DNA from: Smithella sp. PtaU1.Bin162
GTDB lineage: Bacteria; Desulfobacterota; Syntrophia; Syntrophales; Smithellaceae
Assembly: GCA_002068015.1 (NCBI GenBank)
Contig: MVRV01000077.1
Location: 784 to 64,783, forward strand
Length of the DNA: 64,000 bases
Reading direction: 5' to 3'
The notes below the pieces were generated by a model, which searched no databases, was not told where the DNA came from, and saw nothing but the letters and a program-made list of their open reading frames with translations. Of the stretch, positions 52,277 to 62,027 are shown in pieces; position 1 is the stretch's first letter; each line of letters begins with the position of its first letter. Both the position numbers and the translations under genes were made by a program.

Positions 52277-52306
52277 AAGGCAGGGGAAAATACCCTGCCT
52301 TTTTTT
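52277..52306 (+). terminator. Rho-independent terminator of the alpha operon
   Basis: AAGGCAGGG-gaaaata-CCCTGCCTT followed by a T-run. Confidence 0.85.
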
Positions 52307-52335
52307 ATTCTTGTATTTCAATCTCAAAAAATGTA

Positions 52336-52467
52336 TTTATTGCACATCCACTTTCTGTGGCTAACTTTGTTGTCATCGTCGTCGGCTTCCTCAACGTATT
52401 AGTATAATACGCCTCCGAAGCCTCCTCCTTGACACCGCGTTATCCTTTGAAAGTGAATGTGCATAAA
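52336..52467. repeat. MITE-like element with imperfect ~19-bp terminal inverted repeats
   Basis: TTTATTGCACATCCACTTTC ... GAAAGTGAATGTGCATAAA, with an internal CGTATTA-gta-TAATACG hairpin. Confidence 0.6.
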
Positions 52468-52541
52468 TTTAGCTGAAGGCCGATTTTTAAAGGCTTTTAG
52501 CCGAAAGGTCTTCAGTTTTAATAAGCTAGAAGGAGGTTAAT

Positions 52542-52802
52542 ATGGCAGAGCAAAAAATTGGTGAAGTAGTTAAATTCTTTTCCAAGCCGTCGGTTGCTGC
52601 GGTAAAAATTACCGCTGGTGAATTGAATGTTGGTGACAGTGTTAAATTCTCCGGACACACCACCGATTTTACCGATGTTATCAATTCCATGGAGGTTGAC
52701 AACAAACAGGTGCAAAAAGCTGTTGTCGGTGATTTCATCGGCGTGAAGGTTTCCGATCGTGTACGTCCCGGTGATGAAGTACTTAAGGTTATACCTGATT
52801 AA
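52542..52802 (+). CDS. Small translation-elongation-factor-like beta-barrel protein
   Basis: IGEV..FFSKPSVA, GHTTDF and GVKV..RVRPGD motifs; AGGAGG RBS. Confidence 0.8.
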   Translation: MAEQKIGEVVKFFSKPSVAAVKITAGELNVGDSVKFSGHTTDFTDVINSMEVDNKQVQKAVVGDFIGVKVSDRVRPGDEVLKVIPD

Positions 52803-53108
52803 CCGCCGGCCAATTTTGATTATTCTTGCGAACTCATTCCCATCAGATAAAATCGATGTTCAGGGGTGGTATGCGCTTTTATTTCCTGAAAAGTATTTTC
52901 CGACATAAGATACAGGTACGCAGATAAATTCTTGTCTGAGTTAGAGTTGGATCACAGCAACAAAGAGGTATTTTGATCATCGTTATAAAGGGCTTAAAGT
53001 ACACCGGACAATCTATAATTGTTGTCCTTGCATCTGCCGTAATTTTGAACCATCACGGATTGATGGAGTCCATAATATTAAGTTAGGCGAATCTTGGATG
53101 AAGAATTC

Positions 53109-53137
53109 TTGACAATTGCGCTGATGTTGGCGAAAAT
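53109..53137 (+). promoter_or_regulatory. Sigma70-type promoter of phoB
   Basis: TTGACA-17 nt-GAAAAT. Confidence 0.5.
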
Positions 53138-53169
53138 CACCACCTATAGGTTTACTTTAGGAAATCAAA

Positions 53170-53892
53170 ATGCCGTCTAAAACAATACTTGTTGTTGATG
53201 ATGAAAAGGATATTGTTGATCTTATCGCGTATAATCTAGCGCAGGAGGGATTAGCTGTTATTCGGGCTTACGACGGAGAGAAGGCGCTGCAGCTTGTTAA
53301 ACTTAAAGCACCCGATCTTATCCTGCTGGATTTGATGCTTCCCGGTATCAACGGCTTGGATGTCTGCCGCATTATCCGCGCCAAACCGGAAACGGCGGCT
53401 ATTCCCATTATCATGCTGACCGCCAAGGGTGAAGATGTGGACAAGGTTGTCGGTCTGGAAATGGGAGCCGATGATTACATTACCAAGCCGTTTAGTGTCC
53501 GGGAGTTGATTGCCCGTATTCGTACTGTTCTTCGCCGGTCGGCGTTTAGAGATGAAAGCCGTGAAAAGGAAATCTTTGATTTCCGGGAATTGCATATTGA
53601 TTATCAATCATATGAAATAACCATGGGAGGACGAAAAATCGAATTGGGGCCTACTGAAATGAAATTGCTGATGTTTTTTACCCGTCATCCGGGACGTGTC
53701 TATTCCCGGGATCAGCTGTTGGATCATGTCTGGGGTGATGAGGCTTTTGTAGAACCACGTACAGTGGATGTTCACATCAGCCGGCTCCGCTCCGCCATAG
53801 AAACAGATAAAGAAAAGCCCGAATACGTTTTGACCGTCCGTGGTATCGGTTACAAATTCACCGATGAGAAGCAATCCGGGATTACAGTTTAA
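53170..53892 (+). CDS. phoB: Phosphate regulon response regulator PhoB/PhoP (OmpR family)
   Basis: VVDDE, LLDLMLPG, GADDYITKPF and RTVDVHISRLR motifs; adjacent to the pst genes. Confidence 0.9.
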   Translation: MPSKTILVVDDEKDIVDLIAYNLAQEGLAVIRAYDGEKALQLVKLKAPDLILLDLMLPGINGLDVCRIIRAKPETAAIPIIMLTAKGEDVDKVVGLEMGADDYITKPFSVRELIARIRTVLRRSAFRDESREKEIFDFRELHIDYQSYEITMGGRKIELGPTEMKLLMFFTRHPGRVYSRDQLLDHVWGDEAFVEPRTVDVHISRLRSAIETDKEKPEYVLTVRGIGYKFTDEKQSGITV

Positions 53893-53985
53893 AAAAAAGT
53901 GCCGTATTTATTGCAGCTAATTTCCCCATGCCGTTTTCGGAATGACCGTCTTTTGCCCGGATTAATCTGAGAGTGGTACATCTCT

Positions 53986-54014
53986 TTTTCATCAAATCTT
54001 CACATCATTATTAA
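53986..54014 (+). promoter_or_regulatory. Possible distal Pho-box array
   Basis: TTTTCAT / TCTTCAC / TTATTAA at 11-bp period. Confidence 0.4.
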
Positions 54015-54060
54015 ATTCAATGACATTCGCTGAAAACAAAGTCAATGAAGGTTAAAGCGG

Positions 54061-54083
54061 AAGTGGAATTGATCCCGAAAGCA
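54061..54083 (+). repeat. Dispersed repeat AAGTGGAATTGATCCCGAAAGCA, copy 2 (truncated hairpin)
   Basis: Identical to 21525-21547. Confidence 0.75.
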
Positions 54084-54101
54084 TTACACCGTTTTTTTAT
54101 T

Positions 54102-54130
54102 TCTTCATCATGCTGTCATCAAATTGTAAT
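54102..54130 (+). promoter_or_regulatory. Pho boxes upstream of pstS
   Basis: TCTTCAT (54102), CTGTCAT (54113) and TTGTAAT (54124): 7-mers at 11-bp period matching the CTGTCAT consensus. Confidence 0.75.
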
Positions 54131-54176
54131 ATTTCATGTGTATATTACATGCAAATAACATTATGGAGGAAAAAAG

Positions 54177-55001
54177 ATGATCAGCATAGTTAAAAAAATA
54201 ATTTCCGGTATGGCCTTGGTTGTTTTAACGGCCGGTTTTGCGTTTGCCGCCGAGTCGGTAGTAATTAAGGGTTCGACCACCGTCTTGCCTATTACTCAGG
54301 CCGCACTGGAAGCTTTCATGAAGGACAACCCGGGCGTGCAGATATCACTTTCCGGCGGTGGTTCCGGTGAAGGAATTAAAGCTCTGCTTGATAAGGGCAC
54401 CAATATCGCCAACTCTTCACGGGAAATTAAGAAGGAAGAAATTAATCTCGCTGCTTCCAAAGGTATCAAACCGGTAGCGCACGTCGTGGCTTATGACGCG
54501 ATAATTCCTATAGTTAACCCCAAAAACAAGGTTAAAGGTCTTTCCATCGACCAGTTGAGCCAAATCTATCAGGGGAAAATCACCAACTGGAAAGAAATAG
54601 GCGGCGATGATCTGAAAATAGTCGTCATTTCCCGCGATTCATCTTCAGGAACATTTGAATCCTGGGATCATTTTGTAATGAAGAAAAACAAGGTAACGCC
54701 CCGAGCACAGATGCTGGCATCAAATGGTGCAATTGTTACGGCGATTGCGAAAAACAGATATGCGATAGGTTATCTGGGAATGGGCTATCTCAACAAGAGC
54801 GTTAAAGCATTGATGGTAAACGATGTTGTTGCTTCAGCGGAAACGGCGCTAGCCAAACAGTATCCTCTTTCCCGTGAACTCTATATGTACACCAACGGTG
54901 AACCGCAGGGTGTAACCGCCAGGTTTATCGAGTTCCTCAAAAGCCCTGCCGGCCAGAAGATTGTGAAAAAAGAAGGTTTTGTGCCGATCGCGGCAAAATA
55001 A
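54177..55001 (+). CDS. pstS: Phosphate ABC transporter substrate-binding protein
   Basis: Signal peptide, GSTTVLP, GGSGEG and SRDSSSGT motifs. Confidence 0.95.
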   Translation: MISIVKKIISGMALVVLTAGFAFAAESVVIKGSTTVLPITQAALEAFMKDNPGVQISLSGGGSGEGIKALLDKGTNIANSSREIKKEEINLAASKGIKPVAHVVAYDAIIPIVNPKNKVKGLSIDQLSQIYQGKITNWKEIGGDDLKIVVISRDSSSGTFESWDHFVMKKNKVTPRAQMLASNGAIVTAIAKNRYAIGYLGMGYLNKSVKALMVNDVVASAETALAKQYPLSRELYMYTNGEPQGVTARFIEFLKSPAGQKIVKKEGFVPIAAK

Positions 55002-55037
55002 ACCAAGGGAAGTTTTCCCCAATGACATGCTTAAAAT

Positions 55038-55069
55038 TAAGCGACCCCCTGGTGGGAGGGGATCGCTTA
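55038..55069 (+). terminator. Stem-loop after pstS (terminator or mRNA stabiliser)
   Basis: TAAGCGA-CCCCCT...AGGGG-A-TCGCTTA; weak U-tract. Confidence 0.5.
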
Positions 55070-55296
55070 GCCTAATAACTTTTAACGATTCTCTCATAGT
55101 CCGTTGGGTTTCCCGGGACAAGCAATGTCAAGGAGATGATTTTTGGGCTTGTCTCGAGAAAAAGATTAAAAAAATCAAGAGATTCCTTTTTGTTGAAAAA
55201 GAGCAACCCTTACATATATAATGAACTAAAATTAGTAAGTTCACATTTTTTCGTAATAATACATTGTTGTGAAAGTATTTTTGATGTGAGGTAGAA

Positions 55297-55731
55297 ATGG
55301 CAAAGATAAAGGTTTTATTCTTGTGCACCGGTAATTCCGCCCGCAGTCAAATGGCGGAAGCATTCTTAAAAAAATATGCGGGTGATAAATATGATGTCTA
55401 CAGCGCTGGCATCGAACCTCAGGAAATCAATCCTCTGACCAGGGAAGTCATGCAGGAGATCGGCATTGATCTGCGTGACCAATACTCAAAGCATGTAAAT
55501 GTGTACATGGGTAAAATGCATTTTGGGTATTTGATTACTGTTTGTTCTGATGCGGAAGAAAAATGTCCGTCCACTTTTCCCGGTATCGGCAACCGGCTTC
55601 ATTGGTTTTTTGAAGATCCTGCGTCCTTTGACGTACCGGAAAACGAAAGGTTGCAGAAATTCCGGAAAATACGCGATAAAATAGATCAGCGAATCAAGAA
55701 ATGGTTGAAGAAACAGGTTGATAATAATTGA
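55297..55731 (+). CDS. arsC: Arsenate reductase, thioredoxin-coupled LMWP family
   Basis: FLCTGNSARSQMAEA, SAG, TVC....EKCP and HW.FEDPA motifs. Confidence 0.88.
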   Translation: MAKIKVLFLCTGNSARSQMAEAFLKKYAGDKYDVYSAGIEPQEINPLTREVMQEIGIDLRDQYSKHVNVYMGKMHFGYLITVCSDAEEKCPSTFPGIGNRLHWFFEDPASFDVPENERLQKFRKIRDKIDQRIKKWLKKQVDNN

Positions 55732-55791
55732 CATCAGACTTGCCGGTCTGAAATAATTGTAAAGCAGTGGAAATATATTGCGGAATAAAAA

Positions 55792-56679
55792 ATGAACAGA
55801 CATACCAAAGAAAAATTTATTAAATATATTTTATTTCTAATTGCCCTTGTTTCCGTAATTGTTCTGGGGTTGATTGTTTTTTCTCTTTTCCGGGAGGGGC
55901 TCCCGATTTTTAAAAAAATCGGGCTCGCGGATTTTTTATTAGGTCTCGAGTGGTATCCTACTTCCGAGCCGCCGCTTTTCGGTATTCTGCCGCTGATTGT
56001 GGGGTCGTTGATAGTTACATTGATTTCCACTATTATTGCCGTGCCTCTGGGGGTTCTATCCGCAATTTATATTGCGGAAATTGCGCCCGCTGTGCTCAAA
56101 GAAATTTTCAAATCCATAATAGAACTGCTGGCCGGCCTGCCTTCCGTTGTGCTGGGCTTTTTCGGTATGATTGTAGTGGCGCCCTGGTTGCAGGAAACTT
56201 TTGACCTGCCCACCGGCTTAAATATCATTAATGCTTCCGCCATACTGGCCATTATGGCGATTCCGACTATTTCCAGTATTTCGGAGGATGCCCTTTATGC
56301 CGTGCCGCGTGAATTCAAAGAAGCCTCTTATGCACTGGGGGCGACAAAATTTGAAACAATTATCCGGGTTATTTTGCCTTCCGCCCTTTCCGGAGTTTCG
56401 ACGGCGGTTATTCTAGGCATGTCACGTGCGATCGGCGAAACTATGGTGGTGCTTATGGTGGCCGGCGGTGCGGCGGCTATTCCGGAGAGCCTTTTTGATT
56501 CAGTCCGTCCCATGACGGCAAGTATTGCCGCGGAAATGGGAGAGGCACCATACCGCAGCGCCCATTATTCGGCGCTTTTCGCCACTGGTATTGTTTTATT
56601 TTTTCTGGCGTTGGTGTTTAATATGATTGCCGATTATGTTTCCAATAAATACAAGCAAGTGGGATCGGCAACACTTTAA
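55792..56679 (+). CDS. pstC: Phosphate ABC transporter permease PstC
   Basis: ELLAGLPSVVLG and RAIGETMVVLM motifs. Confidence 0.95.
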   Translation: MNRHTKEKFIKYILFLIALVSVIVLGLIVFSLFREGLPIFKKIGLADFLLGLEWYPTSEPPLFGILPLIVGSLIVTLISTIIAVPLGVLSAIYIAEIAPAVLKEIFKSIIELLAGLPSVVLGFFGMIVVAPWLQETFDLPTGLNIINASAILAIMAIPTISSISEDALYAVPREFKEASYALGATKFETIIRVILPSALSGVSTAVILGMSRAIGETMVVLMVAGGAAAIPESLFDSVRPMTASIAAEMGEAPYRSAHYSALFATGIVLFFLALVFNMIADYVSNKYKQVGSATL

Positions 56680-56700
56680 GGAGAGTGAAAAGATAAACTT

Positions 56701-57579
56701 ATGGCGGAGATACAAGAACGTTCCATGAAATGGCGTTATATCCGGCAATCGCTTTTTTTCGGAGTTTTACGTCTGTCCATGTTGCTTATTGCTCTGGCTC
56801 TGGGCGGCATTCTTTTTTACATCATTATTAATGGAATAGGTGCAGTGAGCTGGGAATTTATCACTCAACCGCCGACTGACTCCATGACTAAAGGTGGCAT
56901 AATGCCTGCCATATTGGGGACGCTTTATCTGACCTGCGGCGCGATAGCCGTGGGACTTCCGTTAGGTATCATCTCGGCCATTTATCTTACCGAATATGCC
57001 CGGCAAGGAAGGTTGGTCCGGATTATCCGGATCGGTGTCAATTGTCTGGCGGGAGTACCGTCGGTTGTTTTCGGACTCTTCGGTCTGGGATTTTTTGTTG
57101 TTTTTCTGGGCTTCGGTTCCAGCATTCTGGCCGGATCACTGACGCTGGGATTTCTGATTTTGCCGACAATCATCGGCGCTGCTGAAGAAGCTTTAAAAGC
57201 GGTGCCGCAAACTTTTCGCGAAGCGTCCCTGGCACTCGGGGTTTCCAAATGGCAGACGACTCTGCGCATAGTCTTACCCACTGCCGTACCGGGTATTATG
57301 ACCGGCTCCATTCTTGGAATCGGTCGTGCGGCGGGAGAGACGGCGCCGATTATGTTTACAGCGGCGGCATTTTTTACCGCCAAGCTGCCCGGCTCGATTT
57401 TTGATGAAGTTATGGCGCTGCCTTATCATATCTACGTGCTGGCCACGGCGGGAACGAATATCGAACAGACTAGGCCGCTGCAATATGGAACCGTTCTTGT
57501 GCTGGTGGCGCTTGTTTTGGGAATTGATCTTCTGGCGATAGTAATCCGCTCTCGTATGAGAAAGCAGAAAAGGTGGTAA
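56701..57579 (+). CDS. pstA: Phosphate ABC transporter permease PstA
   Basis: [13 protein letters not shown] and RAAGETAP motifs. Confidence 0.95.
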   Translation: MAEIQERSMKWRYIRQSLFFGVLRLSMLLIALALGGILFYIIINGIGAVSWEFITQPPTDSMTKGGIMPAILGTLYLTCGAIAVGLPLGIISAIYLTEYARQGRLVRIIRIGVNCLAGVPSVVFGLFGLGFFVVFLGFGSSILAGSLTLGFLILPTIIGAAEEALKAVPQTFREASLALGVSKWQTTLRIVLPTAVPGIMTGSILGIGRAAGETAPIMFTAAAFFTAKLPGSIFDEVMALPYHIYVLATAGTNIEQTRPLQYGTVLVLVALVLGIDLLAIVIRSRMRKQKRW

Positions 57580-57581
57580 GG

Positions 57582-58343
57582 ATGGAAGTTCACACTATTA
57601 TTGATGTACATAACGTAAATTTTTATTATGGCAGGACAAAAGCGCTTACGGATATTACAATGAGTTTCCGGAAAAACATGGTTACGGCGCTTATCGGTCC
57701 TTCCGGCTGCGGTAAATCAACACTTCTGCGCCTGCTCAACAGAATGAATGATCTGATCGATGGAACGCGGGTCGAAGGAGAAATTCTTTTTGAGGGCAAG
57801 GATATTTATGCCGCCAATGTTGACCCGGTGGAAATCCGCAAAAAAATAGGTATGGTTTTTCAAAAACCGAATCCCTTTCCCAAAACCATTTACAGCAATA
57901 TTACCTATGGTCCCGATCTGATCTGGTCAAAAAATAAAAATGAACTCGACGAACTTGTTGAAAACAGCCTCAAACAGGCGGTACTTTGGGACGAAGTCAA
58001 GGATATTTTAAATAAATCGGCCATGACTCTTTCCGGCGGACAGCAGCAGCGGCTTTGTATTGCGCGGGCTCTGGCCATGAAACCGGATATCCTGCTCATG
58101 GATGAGCCGACCTCGGCGCTCGATCCGATCTCCACGGCAAAAATCGAGGAACTCATCGAAGAGCTGAAAAAAAACTACACTATCATTATTGTAACCCATA
58201 ACATGCAGCAGGCCGCGCGTGTTTCCGATGAAACGGCTTTTTTCTATCTGGGCAAGCTGATAGAATATGATAAAACGGAAAAGATTTTCACCAAGCCGGA
58301 TGTGCGTCAGACGGAAGACTATATAACGGGGAGATTCGGTTGA
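57582..58343 (+). CDS. pstB: Phosphate ABC transporter ATPase PstB
   Basis: [25 protein letters not shown] and YITGRFG motifs. Confidence 0.97.
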   Translation: MEVHTIIDVHNVNFYYGRTKALTDITMSFRKNMVTALIGPSGCGKSTLLRLLNRMNDLIDGTRVEGEILFEGKDIYAANVDPVEIRKKIGMVFQKPNPFPKTIYSNITYGPDLIWSKNKNELDELVENSLKQAVLWDEVKDILNKSAMTLSGGQQQRLCIARALAMKPDILLMDEPTSALDPISTAKIEELIEELKKNYTIIIVTHNMQQAARVSDETAFFYLGKLIEYDKTEKIFTKPDVRQTEDYITGRFG

Positions 58344-58499
58344 AAAAGACAAGGCCTTGGGATCTTGACCGAAGCGGATAAAAAACGGGTGCAGATATTA
58401 ATAAAATCCGTTCCCGTATATCCTGCTTCTGGTGATCGCAGAACATATGCCCGTCTGTTATTTAGTTGATCGGTATATTTTATCGGGAGGAATATTATT

Positions 58500-59192
58500 A
58501 TGCAGGAAAAAAGACATACCAGCTCGCATTATGAAACGGAATTACGTGAGGTTAAAAACGGTCTTATCTATCTGGGGGCATTAACGGAGAAAGCTATTCA
58601 GAAAGCCATGAATTCATTACTGGAGAGAAACTCCGAACTTGCCCGGGCAGTCATTAAAGACGATAGGGAAATTGACCAGCTGGATAATGAACTGGAGGAC
58701 AGATGTGTGCGCATTTTGGCATTGCGCCAACCCACGGCAATTGATCTAAGATTCATTACCACGGCCATAAAAATCAACGGGCATTTGGAAAGAATCGGTG
58801 ACATGGCGGTGAACATTGCCGAGAAAGCAATTATGCTCAATGAAGAACCGCAGTTAAAGCCTTATATTGATTTACCGCGCATGGCCGATATGGTGGGGGA
58901 AATGATAAAATTTTCTCTCGATGCACTGGTTAACAACGATGTCGTGCTGGCGGAGAAAGTCCGGCACAAGGAACAGGTAGTCGATGAGCTGAACGAACAG
59001 ATATTTCGTGAATTGCTGACTTTTATGATGGAAGATCCCAAGGCGATTCATCGGGCAATTATTATAATGCAGATATCGAAAAATCTGGAGAGGATTGCCG
59101 ATCATGCCAAAGGTGTGGCCGATATGGTTATTTATCTGGTAACCGGAGAAAGTGTACGACATCAAGGCTGTACGGAAGGGGAAAAAGAATAA
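58500..59192 (+). CDS. phoU: Phosphate signalling protein PhoU
   Basis: QPTAIDLR, LERIGD and LERIADHA motifs. Confidence 0.96.
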   Translation: MQEKRHTSSHYETELREVKNGLIYLGALTEKAIQKAMNSLLERNSELARAVIKDDREIDQLDNELEDRCVRILALRQPTAIDLRFITTAIKINGHLERIGDMAVNIAEKAIMLNEEPQLKPYIDLPRMADMVGEMIKFSLDALVNNDVVLAEKVRHKEQVVDELNEQIFRELLTFMMEDPKAIHRAIIIMQISKNLERIADHAKGVADMVIYLVTGESVRHQGCTEGEKE

Positions 59193-59194
59193 TC

Positions 59195-60937
59195 ATGAAG
59201 CGCCATTTTTTTTATAAAACATTTGGCACGTATTTAGTTATCATCATCCTTTCTTTTTTTGTTTTGAATCTGTTTGTGCGCGATGAAATCAAAAAAATTA
59301 TGACCGCGCAAATCGAAGAACAGCTGATGACCTCCGCCCGGCTGATTGATTTAAATTCCCCCAAAGACATCTCCCGTCAGTTGCAGCAAATTACCGGGAT
59401 ATCCGGAGCACGGGTAACATTAATTGATGTTCAGGGGAAAGTATTTGCCGATTCGGAGAAAGAGGTTGCCGGATTGGAAAATCATATTGACCGTCCGGAA
59501 ATACAGGAAGCAAGAGTAAGAGGCAGGGGCAAATCAGTCCGCTTCAGTAAAACAATTGGTGTGGATATGCTCTATATCGCCATCCCTATTAATGAAGGAG
59601 CAACGATAAAAGGTTATGTCCGGCTCGCGCGTCCGCTGCACGATGTGAAAGAAGCCGGTGAAAAAAGCTATAATTCATTTTTTCTTGCGTTAGTTATCGT
59701 AGCCTTTATTTCACTGATCATTGCCGTCATATTCTCGTATCGTTTAGCGGCGCCGATCAAGGAAATGGAGAGGTTCACCGAAGGGTTGCGCCGGGGAACT
59801 ACCGAAGGGTCAATTATTATAAAAACATCCGACGAAACAAAAAAACTGGCGGACAATATCAATTACCTCGTTATTGAACTGAAAAACAGAATCCGTCTGG
59901 CCAACGAGGAAAACAGCAAGCTGGTTACGGCCTTTGCCAGTATGACCGAAGGTGTGATGATTCTTGACGCCGATGATAAAATTGAAGCAGTCAACCGCGC
60001 TTTAAGCAGCATGCTGGCATCCCGCTATGAAGATATTGCCGGTAAAACACTGCTCGAAGCATTTCGTAATGTGGAACTGCAGCAGGCATTTTTGAAATTT
60101 AAGCAAACCGGGCAGTCTGTTTTTCGGGAAGTGGCATTGGGTGATCCGGAGCCGGTTATTCTAAATGTAAGCATTTCCGGGATAAAAGTCGAGTCCGGCA
60201 ATGCGAAAACCATGGTTGTTTTCCATGATATTACACGATTGAAAAAGCTGGAACGCGTGCGCATTGATTTTGTCGCCAATGTTACGCACGAAATAAGGAC
60301 GCCGCTTACGGCAATTCTCGGTTATCTGGAAACAATCCGTGACGGTGCAATAAATAATCCGGAAGAAGCGCGAAAATTTATTGATATTATTTTGAAACAT
60401 GCTCAAAGGCTTAACCGCCTGGTGGAAGATTTGCTGACTATATCCAGAATAGAGCTGGGGGAAGTAAATTTTCACTTTGAGGACGTTTCTCCCGCAGATG
60501 TCATCAATAATGTTCTGCCAGTAATTGATCCCAAGGCGAAATCAAAGCGTATTGAAATCGATAATTTGATTCCGGAAAAATTACCCCTGATCAGAGCGGA
60601 TAAAGACAGGCTGACGCAAATATTTGTCAATATTCTGGACAATGCCGTTAAATTTACCCCGGAGTCCGGAAAGGTCAGTATCTCTGCGGAAGAAACAAAT
60701 GGATTTGTGCTGGTCGGTATCAGCGATACGGGAATCGGTGTTCCCAAAGAGGAAATTGAGCGCCTGGGGGAACGTTTTTATCGGGTGGACAAAACCCGCT
60801 CCCGGGATTTGGGCGGCACCGGTCTAGGGTTATCAATTGTCAAACATCTGATGATTGCTCACGGCGGAAAGATGGAAATCGAAAGCCAGTTAGGCCGCGG
60901 CACGAAAGTATTTTTATTTTTTCCGGTGATGAAATAA
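59195..60937 (+). CDS. phoR: Phosphate regulon sensor histidine kinase PhoR
   Basis: 2 TM segments, HAMP, PAS, FVANVTHEIRTPL, ERFYRVDK and GTGLGLSI motifs. Confidence 0.92.
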   Translation: MKRHFFYKTFGTYLVIIILSFFVLNLFVRDEIKKIMTAQIEEQLMTSARLIDLNSPKDISRQLQQITGISGARVTLIDVQGKVFADSEKEVAGLENHIDRPEIQEARVRGRGKSVRFSKTIGVDMLYIAIPINEGATIKGYVRLARPLHDVKEAGEKSYNSFFLALVIVAFISLIIAVIFSYRLAAPIKEMERFTEGLRRGTTEGSIIIKTSDETKKLADNINYLVIELKNRIRLANEENSKLVTAFASMTEGVMILDADDKIEAVNRALSSMLASRYEDIAGKTLLEAFRNVELQQAFLKFKQTGQSVFREVALGDPEPVILNVSISGIKVESGNAKTMVVFHDITRLKKLERVRIDFVANVTHEIRTPLTAILGYLETIRDGAINNPEEARKFIDIILKHAQRLNRLVEDLLTISRIELGEVNFHFEDVSPADVINNVLPVIDPKAKSKRIEIDNLIPEKLPLIRADKDRLTQIFVNILDNAVKFTPESGKVSISAEETNGFVLVGISDTGIGVPKEEIERLGERFYRVDKTRSRDLGGTGLGLSIVKHLMIAHGGKMEIESQLGRGTKVFLFFPVMK

Positions 60938-60962
60938 TCTAAATTAATTTGTTGCTGCTCGG

Positions 60963-61700
60963 TCAAAACTTTTTACCCTGTGCTTGCGTTTCATTGTTAG
61001 GTCTTACCGTTACCTGCTTGTCGCTTTTCAAAAAATTCCTGGCGTTGGCAATAGCTGTTTTCATGTCGTTGTCCGGATTATCCGAAAGATTGCCGTGTCC
61101 GGGATATATCTGTTCAACGTATCGCGTATTAAGAGACATTATTGAATTTATATAATCCCCCACGCTGCCCGATTCGGCGATGTAAGAGAGAATACCTCCC
61201 GCAAAAATCATATCACCGGTAAAGAGAAATTTTTTCGAAGGTTCATATATGCATATTGAACCCGAAGTGTGACCGGGTGTATGTATGATGTCGAATGTAT
61301 AATTTCCGAGATCAAATCTGCTTTTACTTTCCAGCCAGAGATGCACATAAAGCGAGAGATCGTTTGTGTCTCCGGAGGAATACAAAGTTACATATTTATC
61401 ATTTACCGCCATCTTGGTTGCTGCAAAACGATGTGCGGCAATAATTGCATTTTCCTGAAAATACCTGTTCGCTCCGATATGATCAAAGTGCTCATGTGTA
61501 TTTACGACGATGTCAATATCTCTGACCTTTAATCCTATTTTTAAAAGATTTTTCTGCAAAAGAGAAAAATTTTTATCCAATCCCGAATCTATAAGCAGAT
61601 TGATTCTGTCACCCTTGACAACATAACTGTGGCTGCTTTTATCCACGCCCCTTATCATAAAAATATTGTCCTGAACTTCTACAATCTTTCCTTTATCCAT
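60963..61700 (-). CDS. MBL-fold metallo-hydrolase
   Basis: THEHFDHIG, TPGHT, FTGD and PGHG motifs. Confidence 0.9.
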   Translation of the reverse strand: MDKGKIVEVQDNIFMIRGVDKSSHSYVVKGDRINLLIDSGLDKNFSLLQKNLLKIGLKVRDIDIVVNTHEHFDHIGANRYFQENAIIAAHRFAATKMAVNDKYVTLYSSGDTNDLSLYVHLWLESKSRFDLGNYTFDIIHTPGHTSGSICIYEPSKKFLFTGDMIFAGGILSYIAESGSVGDYINSIMSLNTRYVEQIYPGHGNLSDNPDNDMKTAIANARNFLKSDKQVTVRPNNETQAQGKKF

Positions 61701-61906
61701 ATATTATCCTTTATCAAAAGATTTTATCAAAACTATATGGCATTGTAATATTTCACTATGTTGAAAGATCCAAGAAGCTTTAGTTAAGAGATGGCGCAAG
61801 ATTTGATATACGGTATTTTTGTCCGGCGAGCCAGCTGTAGAACAATAGCCGTCTTTAAATTTCCGGTAAGAATTATCAAATCTACGCGTAATTCAAATTC
61901 TTCACA

Positions 61907-61935
61907 TTTTAATCAGCTTGTCATCAAAGAGTAAC
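61907..61935 (+). promoter_or_regulatory. Pho boxes upstream of the porin gene
   Basis: TTTTAAT (61907), TTGTCAT (61918) and GAGTAAC (61929) at 11-bp period; TATAAG downstream. Confidence 0.6.
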
Positions 61936-62027
61936 ATTCATCATATAAGGTACCCGGCAAGCAGTGAATAAACAGTCTGAAATATTTTTAGACTGAATAT
62001 TAAATTGATTGCAGGAGGAAAAGGAAA

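Noticed and set aside
52473-52516. Hairpin upstream of the small EF-like gene as a known riboswitch
   Set aside because: It lacks the conserved motifs of the riboswitch classes I can recognise (c-di-GMP, fluoride, SAM, TPP).
52820-53073. Minus-strand frame with two internal stops (pseudogene or selenoprotein candidate)
   Set aside because: One stop is TAA, there is no recognisable domain or SECIS-like hairpin, and this stop density is compatible with chance.
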